Shown: positions 1-8,891, numbered from the stretch's first letter. The stretch: 64,000 nucleotides of DNA from Candidatus Methanomicula labiotermitis (GCA_009780575.1 WQZU01000003.1:1940-65939), one strand, 5' to 3'. The notes: generated by a model not told the origin, from the sequence alone. Translations and numbers: made by a program.

Positions 1-1327
1 GGCCGCCGACCAGTTCCCTGTTTTTGTACAGCCAGGTTATCCGGTCAATTGCATATTTGATCTGGCTCATTGTGAAGACCCGTCTCGGCAACGCCAGTCT
101 TAGCAGCTCTATTGCTGCATAACACTCCGTACCGTCGGGATTCCGTTCCTCTGCCATAGTACCGCGTTCCATTCCTCTGATGCCTGACACGATGTACAAT
201 GCGGAGGACAGACTCGCCGCCTGGAAATCCTCATCCTTCAGGTGAGACAGGAACGCCTTTGCGTCCACGTGGCAGCCCAGGCCGCCCGGGGGCGTCACAA
301 CGGGCACACCCTCCTTTCTCAGTTCTTCGACCATATACTTGATAAATTGCGGACCTTGCGAGATCACATCGAAATCAGAAACTTCCCTTATGCCGACCGC
401 GATCGCTTCCATCTCCTTGTCACTCATACCGCCGTAGGTAAGGAAACCTTCGAACAGAGGAACAAGTTCCCGAAGCTGTTCAAAGATCCTGTCATCGTCA
501 AGACACATCCCTCCGCCTTTGGCGCACCCGAACTTCCGTGCCGAAAAGTAGATTATGTCAACGTTGGCAGCCACTTCGTTACAGATGTCGATTATCGCCT
601 TGTCCTTGCAGCTTTCCTCACGCATCTTCATGAAGTAAAGATTATCCTGAAGCAGACTCGTGTCAAGCATAAGCGGAACTCCGTATTTTTTGCACAGAGC
701 GTGAGTCTCCTTTATGTTCTGAATCGATATCGGCTGACCGCCGATAAGGTTTGTTCCCGCTTCAAGCCGTACAAAAGGTATCCTCTTTCCGAACTCTTCG
801 AACGCTTTCTTCAGTTTCACGATGTCTATGTTCCCTTTGAAAAGACAATCCGATTCCGGTTTGAGCGCTTCATCAACCGGAATTTCCAAAATATCTCCTC
901 CTCGTAAGCGGATATGCGCTTTCGTTGTAGTGAAGTGATAATTCATCGGAATGATGTCCCCTTCTTTCACAAGGACCCGTGATAAAAGATGTTCACACGC
1001 TCTGCCCTGGTGTGCGGGCAGAAAGTACTTTTTCTTGAAAACCTTCTTGAGTTCCGCCTCAAGTCTGTAAAAACTCTCGCTGCCCGCATAGCAGTCATCA
1101 GCCGTCAGCATAGCAGCCTGCTGGAGGTTGCTCATTGCGTTGACGCCGCTGTCCGTCAGCATGTCCAGGAACACATCGCGGTTCTTCAGCAGAAAGGTAT
1201 TGTTGCCCGCTTCTTCGATCGCCCGAAGCCTTTGATCCACCGACTTCAATTCCAATTTCTGTACGATTTTGACTTTGTGCATCTCAAGCGGCAACTCTTC
1301 ACCGTTTTGCAATCTGATCTTGCTCAA
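1..1327 (-). CDS. tnaA: Tryptophanase / tyrosine phenol-lyase family (beta-eliminating PLP lyase); C-terminus cut by the window edge
   Basis: Absent from the ORF track because its stop lies left of position 1. My minus-strand translation from TTG at 1327 reads SKIRLQNGEELPLEMHKVKIVQKLELKSVDQRLRAIEEAGNNTFLLKNRDVFLDMLTDSGVNAMS...RLEAGTNLIGGQPIS...FSARKFGCAKGGGM...LRLALPRRVFT. This is collinear with tryptophanase/TPL, including the PLP-lysine context. The plus-strand ORFs 242..907 and 989..1348 are its antisense shadows. I cannot separate tryptophanase from TPL by eye. Confidence 0.75.
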   Translation of the reverse strand, partial: MSKIRLQNGEELPLEMHKVKIVQKLELKSVDQRLRAIEEAGNNTFLLKNRDVFLDMLTDSGVNAMSNLQQAAMLTADDCYAGSESFYRLEAELKKVFKKKYFLPAHQGRACEHLLSRVLVKEGDIIPMNYHFTTTKAHIRLRGGDILEIPVDEALKPESDCLFKGNIDIVKLKKAFEEFGKRIPFVRLEAGTNLIGGQPISIQNIKETHALCKKYGVPLMLDTSLLQDNLYFMKMREESCKDKAIIDICNEVAANVDIIYFSARKFGCAKGGGMCLDDDRIFEQLRELVPLFEGFLTYGGMSDKEMEAIAVGIREVSDFDVISQGPQFIKYMVEELRKEGVPVVTPPGGLGCHVDAKAFLSHLKDEDFQAASLSSALYIVSGIRGMERGTMAEERNPDGTECYAAIELLRLALPRRVFTMSQIKYAIDRITWLYKNRELVGG

Positions 1328-1559
1328 TTTATCATTCCCCTGTCTTGAAGGCTACTTTCACTGATGGGGGCGAAGAGGTTCGAGAAGATAAAGAATACGC
1401 TCATTTCGAACCGCGCCGAAGACAAAGGATACGGAATGAGTGTCGAGAATGAACACTTTGCAACGAAAGAATATGCTGTGTACACTCTGTCTCAAAATTA
1501 AAATAGGATCTTTATCACTTTCTATTCTTGGATTGAAATGTAATAAGAAGTTTAGATTA

Positions 1560-1859
1560 CTACTCGCATTCTTCGGTCACTTCGTACAATCCTTGGACGA
1601 AACCTTCGAACTCGCCTGTAATCTTGAAAGTCCGGGTCCAGCGACCTTCAACTTTTTTCCACTCGCCATCGATCATTCCTCTGTCGAACAGTCGATCGAT
1701 GGATTTGGATATTGTAGACTGAGACGGACTCCCATTCATGGATTTCACCAGTTTACTGAACCATACGTCTTCACCGCTCTTTCCGAATTCATATATTTTA
1801 GTGCATACCAGGAAATCGTTTGAAAGTACCTGTTCTTTTCGTACCATTTCAATTCCCAA
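1560..1859 (-). CDS. Small winged-helix DNA-binding protein, putative transcription regulator
   Basis: 99-aa ORF with a helix-turn-helix plus wing pattern (SPSQSTISKSIDRLFDRGMIDGEWKKVEGRW). Family not identifiable by eye. It ends in TAG followed directly by TAA. Confidence 0.5.
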   Translation of the reverse strand: MGIEMVRKEQVLSNDFLVCTKIYEFGKSGEDVWFSKLVKSMNGSPSQSTISKSIDRLFDRGMIDGEWKKVEGRWTRTFKITGEFEGFVQGLYEVTEECE

Positions 1860-2056
1860 CCCTCTGTGAATATTACGATGCTACTGCGTAAACTCCACCG
1901 ATTAACGAGTGGAATCACTCATTATATTTAGTTATGTCTTTTCAACTTAAATAGATTATTACTATTAACATACTATTGTATAATATATTATGATTGTTTA
2001 AAATTAATGTGCATTATATTTTATAATGATCATCCGCGTTTACGTGCTCATCGAAA

Positions 2057-2557
2057 ATGAAAAATATGGATCTACTAAGTTTCACGAACGTTTTAAATAA
2101 CACGACAATAGCTTATACTCCTCAGAAGAGGCCACAGATGAGAAAATTATCGTCAAAATATAGAAACTCAGTTCCATCGATAGAATTCATGGAACCTCCT
2201 GCGGCCGTTACGCTCGCATCCGCAGAAATACGCAAATTCCTTATAGACACTATAACGAAAAGGGAAACCAATTTGATAATCTCAACAATGCGTAAGGGCT
2301 CTTGGATCATTGATGATATCCTAAATACATCTGATCTGAGGATAGAACATTACACGAACTACGACCTTGAAAAAATCACGCCCTCGGCTCTGAGCGGTAA
2401 ACACATCCTCGTTTTTGACGATTCAATCAAAACGGGAGAAAGCACTCTGTCGGTTTTATCAAAACTCGGCGGACTTGTAAATGTTTGCGTAGCATGTATT
2501 GCGATAAACGATAAAGCATTAATGAATATCAAAGAAAAATGTTCTGAGATCGAATAG
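2057..2557 (+). CDS. Phosphoribosyltransferase (type I PRTase) domain protein, closed by an in-frame TAG
   Basis: PRPP-binding loop HILVFDDSIKTGESTLSVL. The gene lies in a visibly AT-rich segment. The next ORF (2558..2752) starts on the codon right after the TAG, in the same frame, and supplies the final beta-strand expected of the fold. Confidence 0.6.
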   Translation: MKNMDLLSFTNVLNNTTIAYTPQKRPQMRKLSSKYRNSVPSIEFMEPPAAVTLASAEIRKFLIDTITKRETNLIISTMRKGSWIIDDILNTSDLRIEHYTNYDLEKITPSALSGKHILVFDDSIKTGESTLSVLSKLGGLVNVCVACIAINDKALMNIKEKCSEIE

Positions 2558-2752
2558 ATGCACAAGATATCTCTCGTTAAGACCATTGAAAGATACATAC
2601 ATATTCTGCCAAAGGACCCTGCCAGATGTAAAAAGCATTTGGAGATGTATGAGCACACATTGGAGAATCACAACAGAGTATGCGATTTACATAATTCGCC
2701 TGAAGAAAGAATCCGATTCGTGATTGAAAAGAACAGCATGTGGTTCAGATGA
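2558..2752 (+). CDS. Same-frame continuation of the PRTase-like ORF, or a separate coupled 64-aa ORF
   Basis: 2558-2057 = 501, which is divisible by 3, so the two ORFs share a frame across the TAG. MHKISLVKTIERY aligns with the VVLTSLVKASDIL strand that follows the PRPP loop in this window's own PyrE. Confidence 0.4.
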   Translation: MHKISLVKTIERYIHILPKDPARCKKHLEMYEHTLENHNRVCDLHNSPEERIRFVIEKNSMWFR

Positions 2753-2982
2753 ATATCAAATGGAAGAATTCCAATCAAAAACAGAAAAACGGAGCATCTG
2801 ATTTTTTTAGCGATCCGAGCATAGCGGATTTGAAGGCATCGTTCCCGGACGGACATGTACGGATGGTATGTGAGACGCTCTCATGCCGTTCCCATATTGG
2901 TAATCAGACAAATCTCATTAAGGAACAGCCCGAGGGAACGAACGATCTCGACAGTGTGACGGTCTCCCGTCACAGCAGATAA
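2740..2982 (+). CDS. Hypothetical 80-aa protein (weak call)
   Basis: ORF only, with no recognisable motif. It overlaps the previous ORF by 13 nt and the 3' end of the convergent YciI-like gene. Confidence 0.2.
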   Translation: MVQMNIKWKNSNQKQKNGASDFFSDPSIADLKASFPDGHVRMVCETLSCRSHIGNQTNLIKEQPEGTNDLDSVTVSRHSR

Positions 2983-3275
2983 TTGTTTTCCCTGTTGCTG
3001 ACTCGCAGACTGAAGAGCTTATACGTCGCATAGCCCTTGATGAAGAACGGTTCTAGCCTGCAGATCGCTTCCGCTTCCTCATAACTTTCGGCCCTGAAGA
3101 CGATCATCCCCGATATGCCCGGATAACCATCCACCGGTCCGCACAGCACCAATCTGCCCTCATCGTCCAGTTCTCTTATGCGATCAACGTGTTCAATGAT
3201 CATCGCTTCGTCTATCTGGTCAAATGTCTTGCCTTTCTCTATCAACATCACATACGCAAACTTTTCCATATTCAT
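2970..3275 (-). CDS. YciI-like (YCII-related) small protein
   Basis: MNMEKFAYVMLIEKGK...HVDRIRELDDEGRLVLCGPVDGYPGISGMIVFRAESYEEAEAI matches the YciI-family pattern. I trimmed the start to the internal Met; the longest ORF runs to 3302. Confidence 0.6.
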   Translation of the reverse strand: MNMEKFAYVMLIEKGKTFDQIDEAMIIEHVDRIRELDDEGRLVLCGPVDGYPGISGMIVFRAESYEEAEAICRLEPFFIKGYATYKLFSLRVSNRENNYLL

Positions 3276-3333
3276 CACCCGCCGAACCAGCAATCTTTTC
3301 AACCGAAGGAGAGTCCACAGCTGTTCTGGATAG

Positions 3334-3407
3334 CGGGTCTGAAGGGATTCGAACCCTTGGCCGATCGGTTAAGAGCCGATCGCTCTACCTAGCTGAGCTA
3401 CAGACCC
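3334..3407 (-). tRNA. tRNA-Lys (anticodon CUU)
   Basis: The minus strand reads GGGTCTGTAGCTCAGCTAGGTAGAGCGATCGGCTCTTAACCGATCGGCCAAGGGTTCGAATCCCTTCAGACCCG. It folds as a cloverleaf with a 7-bp acceptor stem, anticodon arm ATCGG/CTCTTAA/CCGAT and T arm AAGGG/TTCGAAT/CCCTT. CCA is not encoded. Confidence 0.9.
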
Positions 3408-3520
3408 GTCTTTTTGCGTCAAGCCTCTTTTCGTTAATAAAACTTCGCGCATGCACATTTATTGCCAACATTACCGAAACAGGCAATCAAATCAAATATC
3501 CGATAGGCCATGTGTACGCT

Positions 3521-4003
3521 ATGGTCAAACTTCACGTCAGGGACATAATGACGACACAGGTGATAACATTAAAGGAAACAGACACGATAAAACAGGCGAC
3601 CGTTCTGTTCGCATTGCACAATGTCTCCGGCGCCCCGGTAGTGGACGATGACAGACGTCTTATCGGAATATTAAGCGAAACGGATATACTTGAGTTACTT
3701 ATGAAATATCAGGGTCAGCTGAGCGTTGACAATCCCTCGCTGCACATACTCGAATCGCCAATGGACGATGTTACCGGCGACGAGAGCCTGAAAAAAGTGA
3801 GTGATGCTATATCTAAAACGCTTGTAAAGGAAATAATGACGAAGACCGTTCTCACAACGACGCCGGATTCGCTTATCGTTGACGTCGTAAAGGAGATGAT
3901 AGGTTTTACGGTCAACCGCGTTCCGGTACTTGAGAAAGGAGTTCTCGTCGGGATAATATCCAGAGGGGACATAATCTTCTCGATATACAAGAAAAAGAGA
4001 TGA
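3521..4003 (+). CDS. CBS-domain pair protein
   Basis: Two CBS repeats (VRDIMTTQVITL...SGAPVVDDDRRLIGILSETDIL and VKEIMTKTVLTT...VNRVPVLEKGVLVGIISRGDII). The 259-aa track ORF (3224..) runs across the tRNA, so the start is set to ATG 3521. Confidence 0.8.
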   Translation: MVKLHVRDIMTTQVITLKETDTIKQATVLFALHNVSGAPVVDDDRRLIGILSETDILELLMKYQGQLSVDNPSLHILESPMDDVTGDESLKKVSDAISKTLVKEIMTKTVLTTTPDSLIVDVVKEMIGFTVNRVPVLEKGVLVGIISRGDIIFSIYKKKR

Positions 4004-4010
4004 TCCCTCA

Positions 4011-4769
4011 ATGCAGATCGAGGTACACGTCCTTGCCAGCGGGAGCGACGGTAATTGCACCGTTGTCGTCTGCGACGACCATGCGGTCATGGTGGATGCC
4101 GGACTCAGCGGTAAAAAGATAACCAAACTGATGGAACTGAACGGTCTGGATGCCTCTCTGATAAAAAGCATCCTTCTGACGCATGAGCACAGCGACCACG
4201 TCTCCGGAGCGGGGATAATGGCAAGGAAGCTTGATGTTCCGGTGCAATGCAATGAGAGAACGTTCGCGTCATGCAGCCTCGGCAGAGTGGAATATTCAAA
4301 GATAACAACACTGGAAACATTCACATCCGGTCCGATGGACATCACTCCGCTGCCGACATCACACAATGCATCGGAGCCTAACGCATTTCTGATATCCGTA
4401 TACGGAAAGAAAGTGCTGATAGCCACCGACACCGGTAAGATGACGTGCGAAGTGGAAAGTGAGTTACAGAACTCCGACCTTGTCATTCTGGAATCCAATT
4501 ATGATAAACATATGCTTGCCACCGGTCCGTACCCGCCGATGCTCAAAAGACTCGTGGGAAGCGACATAGGACATCTGTCAAACGTGGATTGCGCCGAATC
4601 GCTCAGCAGGACCATGAACGCTAAAAGAAAGGTATTCCTGGCGCACATAAGCAGGAACAACAACACTCCGGACACCGCTCGCGAAACGGTTGCCGAGATA
4701 ACGGGGATACGGCGCTCAAAGATAGACTGCCTGGAGTTCAAAGGGGACACAAGGATAATCAGGGTGTGA
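4011..4769 (+). CDS. MBL-fold metallo-hydrolase
   Basis: Contains the HxHxDH motif (LLTHEHSDHVSG) and has a typical beta-lactamase-fold length. Confidence 0.75.
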   Translation: MQIEVHVLASGSDGNCTVVVCDDHAVMVDAGLSGKKITKLMELNGLDASLIKSILLTHEHSDHVSGAGIMARKLDVPVQCNERTFASCSLGRVEYSKITTLETFTSGPMDITPLPTSHNASEPNAFLISVYGKKVLIATDTGKMTCEVESELQNSDLVILESNYDKHMLATGPYPPMLKRLVGSDIGHLSNVDCAESLSRTMNAKRKVFLAHISRNNNTPDTARETVAEITGIRRSKIDCLEFKGDTRIIRV

Positions 4770-5490
4770 CGCTCAGCGGCGCAGCCTTCTCATGTTTTAT
4801 CAAAACGTTCGCCAACGCCGCCGGCATTCTAACGATGTCCTCTTTCTTAAGATCGTAATCGCAATCCGGTCCGGCGATCTTCGGAAGATCTTCAAGGATC
4901 CTTATTACAATCAGGTCATCCTTCGTTCCCTCGGGTTCTTTGCGAATAGGTTCCGCAGCGTCGTCACGGTGTTCAGTGTTCGTATCATCCTCGGATATAA
5001 CAATCGGAACTTTATTCGGAACAGGGGTCTCCGTTTGGACATTAGCTTCCTTTTCCTCCTTTCCGGCGGAAACATCAGGTATCACGTAGTTCTTCTTCGT
5101 TTTGTCTTTGAACACCAGAGTTCGATGCCTTCCGGACTCGGACACGATGTTATCGTAATATGTGCGTTCTTCCTGCGTCAGTCTGTCCAGTACGTTCTCG
5201 GCGCCCATGGATGTCCGCAGCGCCATCATGACTATCTTCTCCATCCGCAGATCGATCACCTTCTGCGAAAGCGAGATCACCTTCTTCCGGCGTTCGTTCA
5301 TGCCTTCGCACATTATTGAATCGGGATCCCTGGAGAACTCCGTCTCGTAGTCCTTTTGTATCCTGTCCCGCAGCCGCATGAGTGCAGAGTACAGGTCCTT
5401 TCTGACATCGCCCAGCGCCTGTGATTTGATCTCAATGCGGTATGCGGCAGACAGATCCTCGAAGGTCATCGGATCGGTTTCCGGCATCAT
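4759..5490 (-). CDS. GINS complex subunit (Gins51-like)
   Basis: The N-terminal helical A-domain (LSAAYRIEIKSQALGDVRKDLYSAL...RMEKIVMMALR...LTQEERTYYDNI) and C-terminal B-domain (IVIRILEDLPKIAGPDCDYDLKKEDIVRMPAALANVLIKHEKA) fit the archaeal Gins51 architecture. Confidence 0.6.
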   Translation of the reverse strand: MMPETDPMTFEDLSAAYRIEIKSQALGDVRKDLYSALMRLRDRIQKDYETEFSRDPDSIMCEGMNERRKKVISLSQKVIDLRMEKIVMMALRTSMGAENVLDRLTQEERTYYDNIVSESGRHRTLVFKDKTKKNYVIPDVSAGKEEKEANVQTETPVPNKVPIVISEDDTNTEHRDDAAEPIRKEPEGTKDDLIVIRILEDLPKIAGPDCDYDLKKEDIVRMPAALANVLIKHEKAAPLSVTP

Positions 5491-5695
5491 AAAGGCAAAC
5501 CGAATGTACGTATATGAGCGTTGCCACCGCAGCGAAGGCCCGAAAACAATCTATAAACGCGCTCAGACATACGGATACATGAGCGCAGTGTTCCGTTGCC
5601 AGCCGCGGAAGGCGCTGAATCGAACATGGCCGTTTTTCGTCCGACCGAAGAACGGGCACGCTGAAATATGAAACATCATCTTCGGAGGAAAGGAT

Positions 5696-6112
5696 ATGAA
5701 CAACGAAGAACGCCTGGAGAGACTGAACGTCATACTCGATGAACTCACCGAGATGTGCGGCGAAAGCGTTCTTTTGGTGGAGGGCATGAAAGACAAGATG
5801 GCGGTTGTTCTGCTGGGCGTGAACGCGGAAATGAGAACGGTCCAGTCGGAAGGCGGGCCGCTGAAGGTCGCCGAGAGACTTTTCGATGAACGCCGGAGCG
5901 CAGTGATACTGACGGACTGGGATCCCAAAGGGGAACAGATCGCGGAAGAACTGGAGCGTGCATTGTCGTCGCTGTGCGTGAAGTACGACACATCGATGAG
6001 ATCAAGGCTGCGTTCCCTGTGCGGTTCCGAGATAAACGATGTTGAAAGCCTGCCCTCATTTTACAGCCGTCTCGCCACTGAGTCTGTCAGAAGGAAGGTA
6101 GGACGTAAATAA
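5696..6112 (+). CDS. Small Toprim-domain protein (UPF0292 / RNase M5-like)
   Basis: Toprim signature: conserved Glu in VLLVEGMKDK and DxD in VILTDWDPKGEQIAEEL. Confidence 0.65.
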   Translation: MNNEERLERLNVILDELTEMCGESVLLVEGMKDKMAVVLLGVNAEMRTVQSEGGPLKVAERLFDERRSAVILTDWDPKGEQIAEELERALSSLCVKYDTSMRSRLRSLCGSEINDVESLPSFYSRLATESVRRKVGRK

Positions 6113-6140
6113 ATAAATAAACTCAGCATGTACGGTCATC

Positions 6141-7460
6141 ATGGAACGAGACAGCATGTTGGAACGATTGGGAATGTCGTCCGCGGACGAGTTGTTCGCT
6201 GATGTTCCGGCTGACGTGAGAGCGGAACTTGACATAGGATGCGGCATGTCCGAGATGGACACGGTGAACAAAATAACACAGATGCTCGGGAAGAACATTA
6301 CCGCCGCGGATATGCCGTGCTTCATGGGCATGGGGTCTTACAGACATTATGTTCCGGCAACGGTCGACCACATAACTGGCATGTCGGAATTCTATACGGC
6401 TTACACACCTTATCAGGCGGAGGTAAGCCAGGGCATGCTTCAGGCACTCTTCGAATACCAGAGCATGGTGTGCGAACTCACGGGAATGGACGCCGCAAAC
6501 TCTTCAATGTACGACTGCGCGACAGCGCTTGGAGAGGCGGCAAAGATATGCGGCAGCGTATCCAGGAAAGGAAAGGTGTTCCTCGTTCCGGAAGCGCTCA
6601 GCAATGAAAGATATTCTGTCCTGAGGAATTATTTGATAGGCACGGGCATCACCATATCGCGTTACGGGTTTGACAAGAAGACCGGCTCGCTTGTTTTGGA
6701 CGAGATCAAAGCGGCGGTCGGCAAAGGGGATGTGTGCGGCATCTACGCGGAAATGCCTAACGTGTTCGGCTGTCTTGACAAGAATGTGGCAAAAATAAGA
6801 TCCGTAATAGGCGACACTTTGCTGGTGATCGGTGTGAATCCGCTGTGCATGAGCATTGTAAAATCTCCAGGAGAAATGAGAGCGGACATAGCGATAGGCG
6901 AAGGTCAGCCGCTCGGATCGAGAATGGGCCTCGGATCGCCGCTGCTCGGCATGTTCGCATGCCGTCAGGAACATGTAAGAAGGATCCCGGGACGCATATC
7001 GGGCATGACCGTCGACGCCGACGGAAAAAGAGCGTTCTGTCTCACACTGCAGACAAGGGAGCAGCACATAAAGAGGTCGGCGGCGTCATCCAACATATGC
7101 ACGAACGGAGCACTGGCCGCGGTCGCGGCGGTTGTGTACGTGTCAACACTCGGCGCAGACGGTATGTTCAACATCGCAAAGAAGAACATGGAGCGTGCAA
7201 AGAGCCTGATGAGTTTATTGTCAAAAGTGAGAGGCGTTGAGATAGCGTTCGATAACACTCATTTCAACGAGTTTGTCATACGGCTGTCAAAGGACGCGTC
7301 AAAGGTCAATTCCGAACTTCTGAAAAAAGGAGTAATGGGAGGCGTACCTCTGAAAGACCACGTTAAGGGAATGGACGACTGCATGCTCATCACGACAACG
7401 GAGATGCATTCCGACGAGGACCACAAGAAACTTGCGGATGCGCTGAAGGAGGTGCTCTGA
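6141..7460 (+). CDS. gcvPA: Glycine dehydrogenase (decarboxylating) subunit 1, glycine cleavage P protein
   Basis: FMGMGSYRHYVPATVDHI...EFYTAYTPYQAEVSQGMLQALFEYQSMV is the conserved GcvPA core. Its stop overlaps the gcvPB start (TGATG). Confidence 0.9.
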   Translation: MERDSMLERLGMSSADELFADVPADVRAELDIGCGMSEMDTVNKITQMLGKNITAADMPCFMGMGSYRHYVPATVDHITGMSEFYTAYTPYQAEVSQGMLQALFEYQSMVCELTGMDAANSSMYDCATALGEAAKICGSVSRKGKVFLVPEALSNERYSVLRNYLIGTGITISRYGFDKKTGSLVLDEIKAAVGKGDVCGIYAEMPNVFGCLDKNVAKIRSVIGDTLLVIGVNPLCMSIVKSPGEMRADIAIGEGQPLGSRMGLGSPLLGMFACRQEHVRRIPGRISGMTVDADGKRAFCLTLQTREQHIKRSAASSNICTNGALAAVAAVVYVSTLGADGMFNIAKKNMERAKSLMSLLSKVRGVEIAFDNTHFNEFVIRLSKDASKVNSELLKKGVMGGVPLKDHVKGMDDCMLITTTEMHSDEDHKKLADALKEVL

Positions 7461-8890
7461 TGTATGCTCAGACGAAGATACAGAGAAAATTGATAACAGA
7501 TACGGACGCAAAGAAAGTTCCGGACACGGACGTTCCGAATGAACTGAAAAGGGAATCCCTTTCTTTACCGAACGTCCCGGAGAGCGAGGTCGTGCGTCAT
7601 TACAAGATATTGGCGTCAATGAACTTCGGCGTTGACAACGGACCTTACCCGCTTGGATCATGCACAATGAAATACAATCCGAAATATGCGGACCGCCTGT
7701 CATCATTGGGATCGGCGACGGAAGTGCATCCGTATCAGGACCAGAGCACCATACAGGGAACCCTGGAAATGATGTACGATATGGAACAAAAACTATCGAA
7801 GATCGCCGGGATGGATGCTTTCACATTACAGCCGGCCGCCGGTGCGCACGGCGAACACGCGGCGATACTGATGATCAAAGCGTATCACGAGAAAAACGGC
7901 GAGGAAAGAGACGAGGTCATACTTCCGGACAGCGCTCACGGAACCAACCCCGCAAGCGCCGCAATGGCCGGATACAAAGTTATCGAGATACCGTCGGCAC
8001 CCGACGGATCGGTGGACATCGATGCACTGAGATCTGCCGTTTCGAAGAGGACGGCGGCTTTCATGCTCACCAACCCGAACACTTTGGGTATATTCGATAA
8101 GAACATAAAGGAGATCGCAAAACTGGTAAACGACGCAGGCGCGCTGATGTATTACGACGGCGCGAACCTCAATGCGATAATGGGCATAACCACGCCGGGG
8201 GACATGGGATTCGATGTTGTTCATTTCAACGTTCACAAAACGTTCGGAGCTCCGCACGGCGGCGGAGGGCCGGGTTCCGGGCCGGTAGGGGTCAAAAAAA
8301 GATTGATCCCGTATCTTCCGTCACCCGTCATAGAGAAAGTTAAGGACAAATATGTGCTGAAGGACAACGGAAATCTGAGCATAGGCAAGATGAGGTCGTT
8401 CTACGGCAACATAAACGTGATCCTCAGAGGATATGCGTACATACTCAGAATGGGCTCCGAAGGGCTTAAAGACGCGACCGTCAGATCGGTTCTCAACTCA
8501 AACTATCTGAAGGAACTTCTGAAAGAGGATTACGAGATACCGTACGGCGACCTGAAGAAACACGAGTTCGTCGTAAGCGCATCCCGCCAGAAGAAAAAGA
8601 ACGGAGTAAAGGCGATGGATATTGCGAAAAGGCTGATCGATTATGGTATACATCCGCCCACAATATACTTCCCGATGCTCGTTGACGAGTCAATGATGTT
8701 CGAACCGACCGAAGACTGTTCAAAGGAAGATCTTGACCGGATCGCCGAAGTGATGATAAAGATATCAAAAGAGGACCCGGAACTTGTGATCAACGCTCCG
8801 TACAACACATCCGTTTCGAGAGTGGATGAGACCAAAGCCGCCAAGGACGCGATACTGAGCACAAGATATCTGAGGAATAAGAGGCAATGA
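7460..8890 (+). CDS. gcvPB: Glycine dehydrogenase (decarboxylating) subunit 2
   Basis: LGSCTMKYNPK...LQPAAGAHGE...FNVHKTFGAPHGGGGPGSGPVGVK carries the PLP-lysine motif of GcvPB. Confidence 0.9.
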   Translation: MYAQTKIQRKLITDTDAKKVPDTDVPNELKRESLSLPNVPESEVVRHYKILASMNFGVDNGPYPLGSCTMKYNPKYADRLSSLGSATEVHPYQDQSTIQGTLEMMYDMEQKLSKIAGMDAFTLQPAAGAHGEHAAILMIKAYHEKNGEERDEVILPDSAHGTNPASAAMAGYKVIEIPSAPDGSVDIDALRSAVSKRTAAFMLTNPNTLGIFDKNIKEIAKLVNDAGALMYYDGANLNAIMGITTPGDMGFDVVHFNVHKTFGAPHGGGGPGSGPVGVKKRLIPYLPSPVIEKVKDKYVLKDNGNLSIGKMRSFYGNINVILRGYAYILRMGSEGLKDATVRSVLNSNYLKELLKEDYEIPYGDLKKHEFVVSASRQKKKNGVKAMDIAKRLIDYGIHPPTIYFPMLVDESMMFEPTEDCSKEDLDRIAEVMIKISKEDPELVINAPYNTSVSRVDETKAAKDAILSTRYLRNKRQ

Positions 8891-8891
8891 G

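Noticed and set aside
242-1348. Plus-strand ORFs 242..907 and 989..1348
   Set aside because: These are antisense shadows of the tryptophanase-family gene, which has clear family motifs on the minus strand. The plus-strand translations are Arg/Phe-rich with no motifs.
1617-1635. TTGAAAGTCCGGGTCC looks like RNase P CR-I
   Set aside because: It lies inside the well-supported 99-aa wHTH CDS on the other strand, with no other RNase P elements nearby. This is a chance match.
1900-2056. Extremely AT-rich 150-nt tract, considered as a possible replication-origin unwinding element
   Set aside because: There are no repeated ORB-like boxes flanking it (only a single CTCCAC..GTGGA mini-palindrome near 1895-1920) and no orc1/cdc6 gene adjacent. 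A promoter or foreign-DNA explanation is simpler.
3224-3520. N-terminal 99 codons of the 259-aa track ORF 3224..4003
   Set aside because: This extension reads straight through tRNA-Lys on the opposite strand and through intergenic sequence. The CBS protein starts sensibly at ATG 3521.
3695-4498. 267-aa minus-strand ORF across the CBS and MBL genes. Similar long antisense ORFs are 9448..10314, 10324..10962, 10605..11231, 41800..42342, 45079..45699, 48929..49651, 48960..49592 and 59159..59929
   Set aside because: Each one overlaps a strongly motif-supported gene on the opposite strand, has Ser/Arg/Pro-rich low-complexity composition, and lacks recognisable domains.
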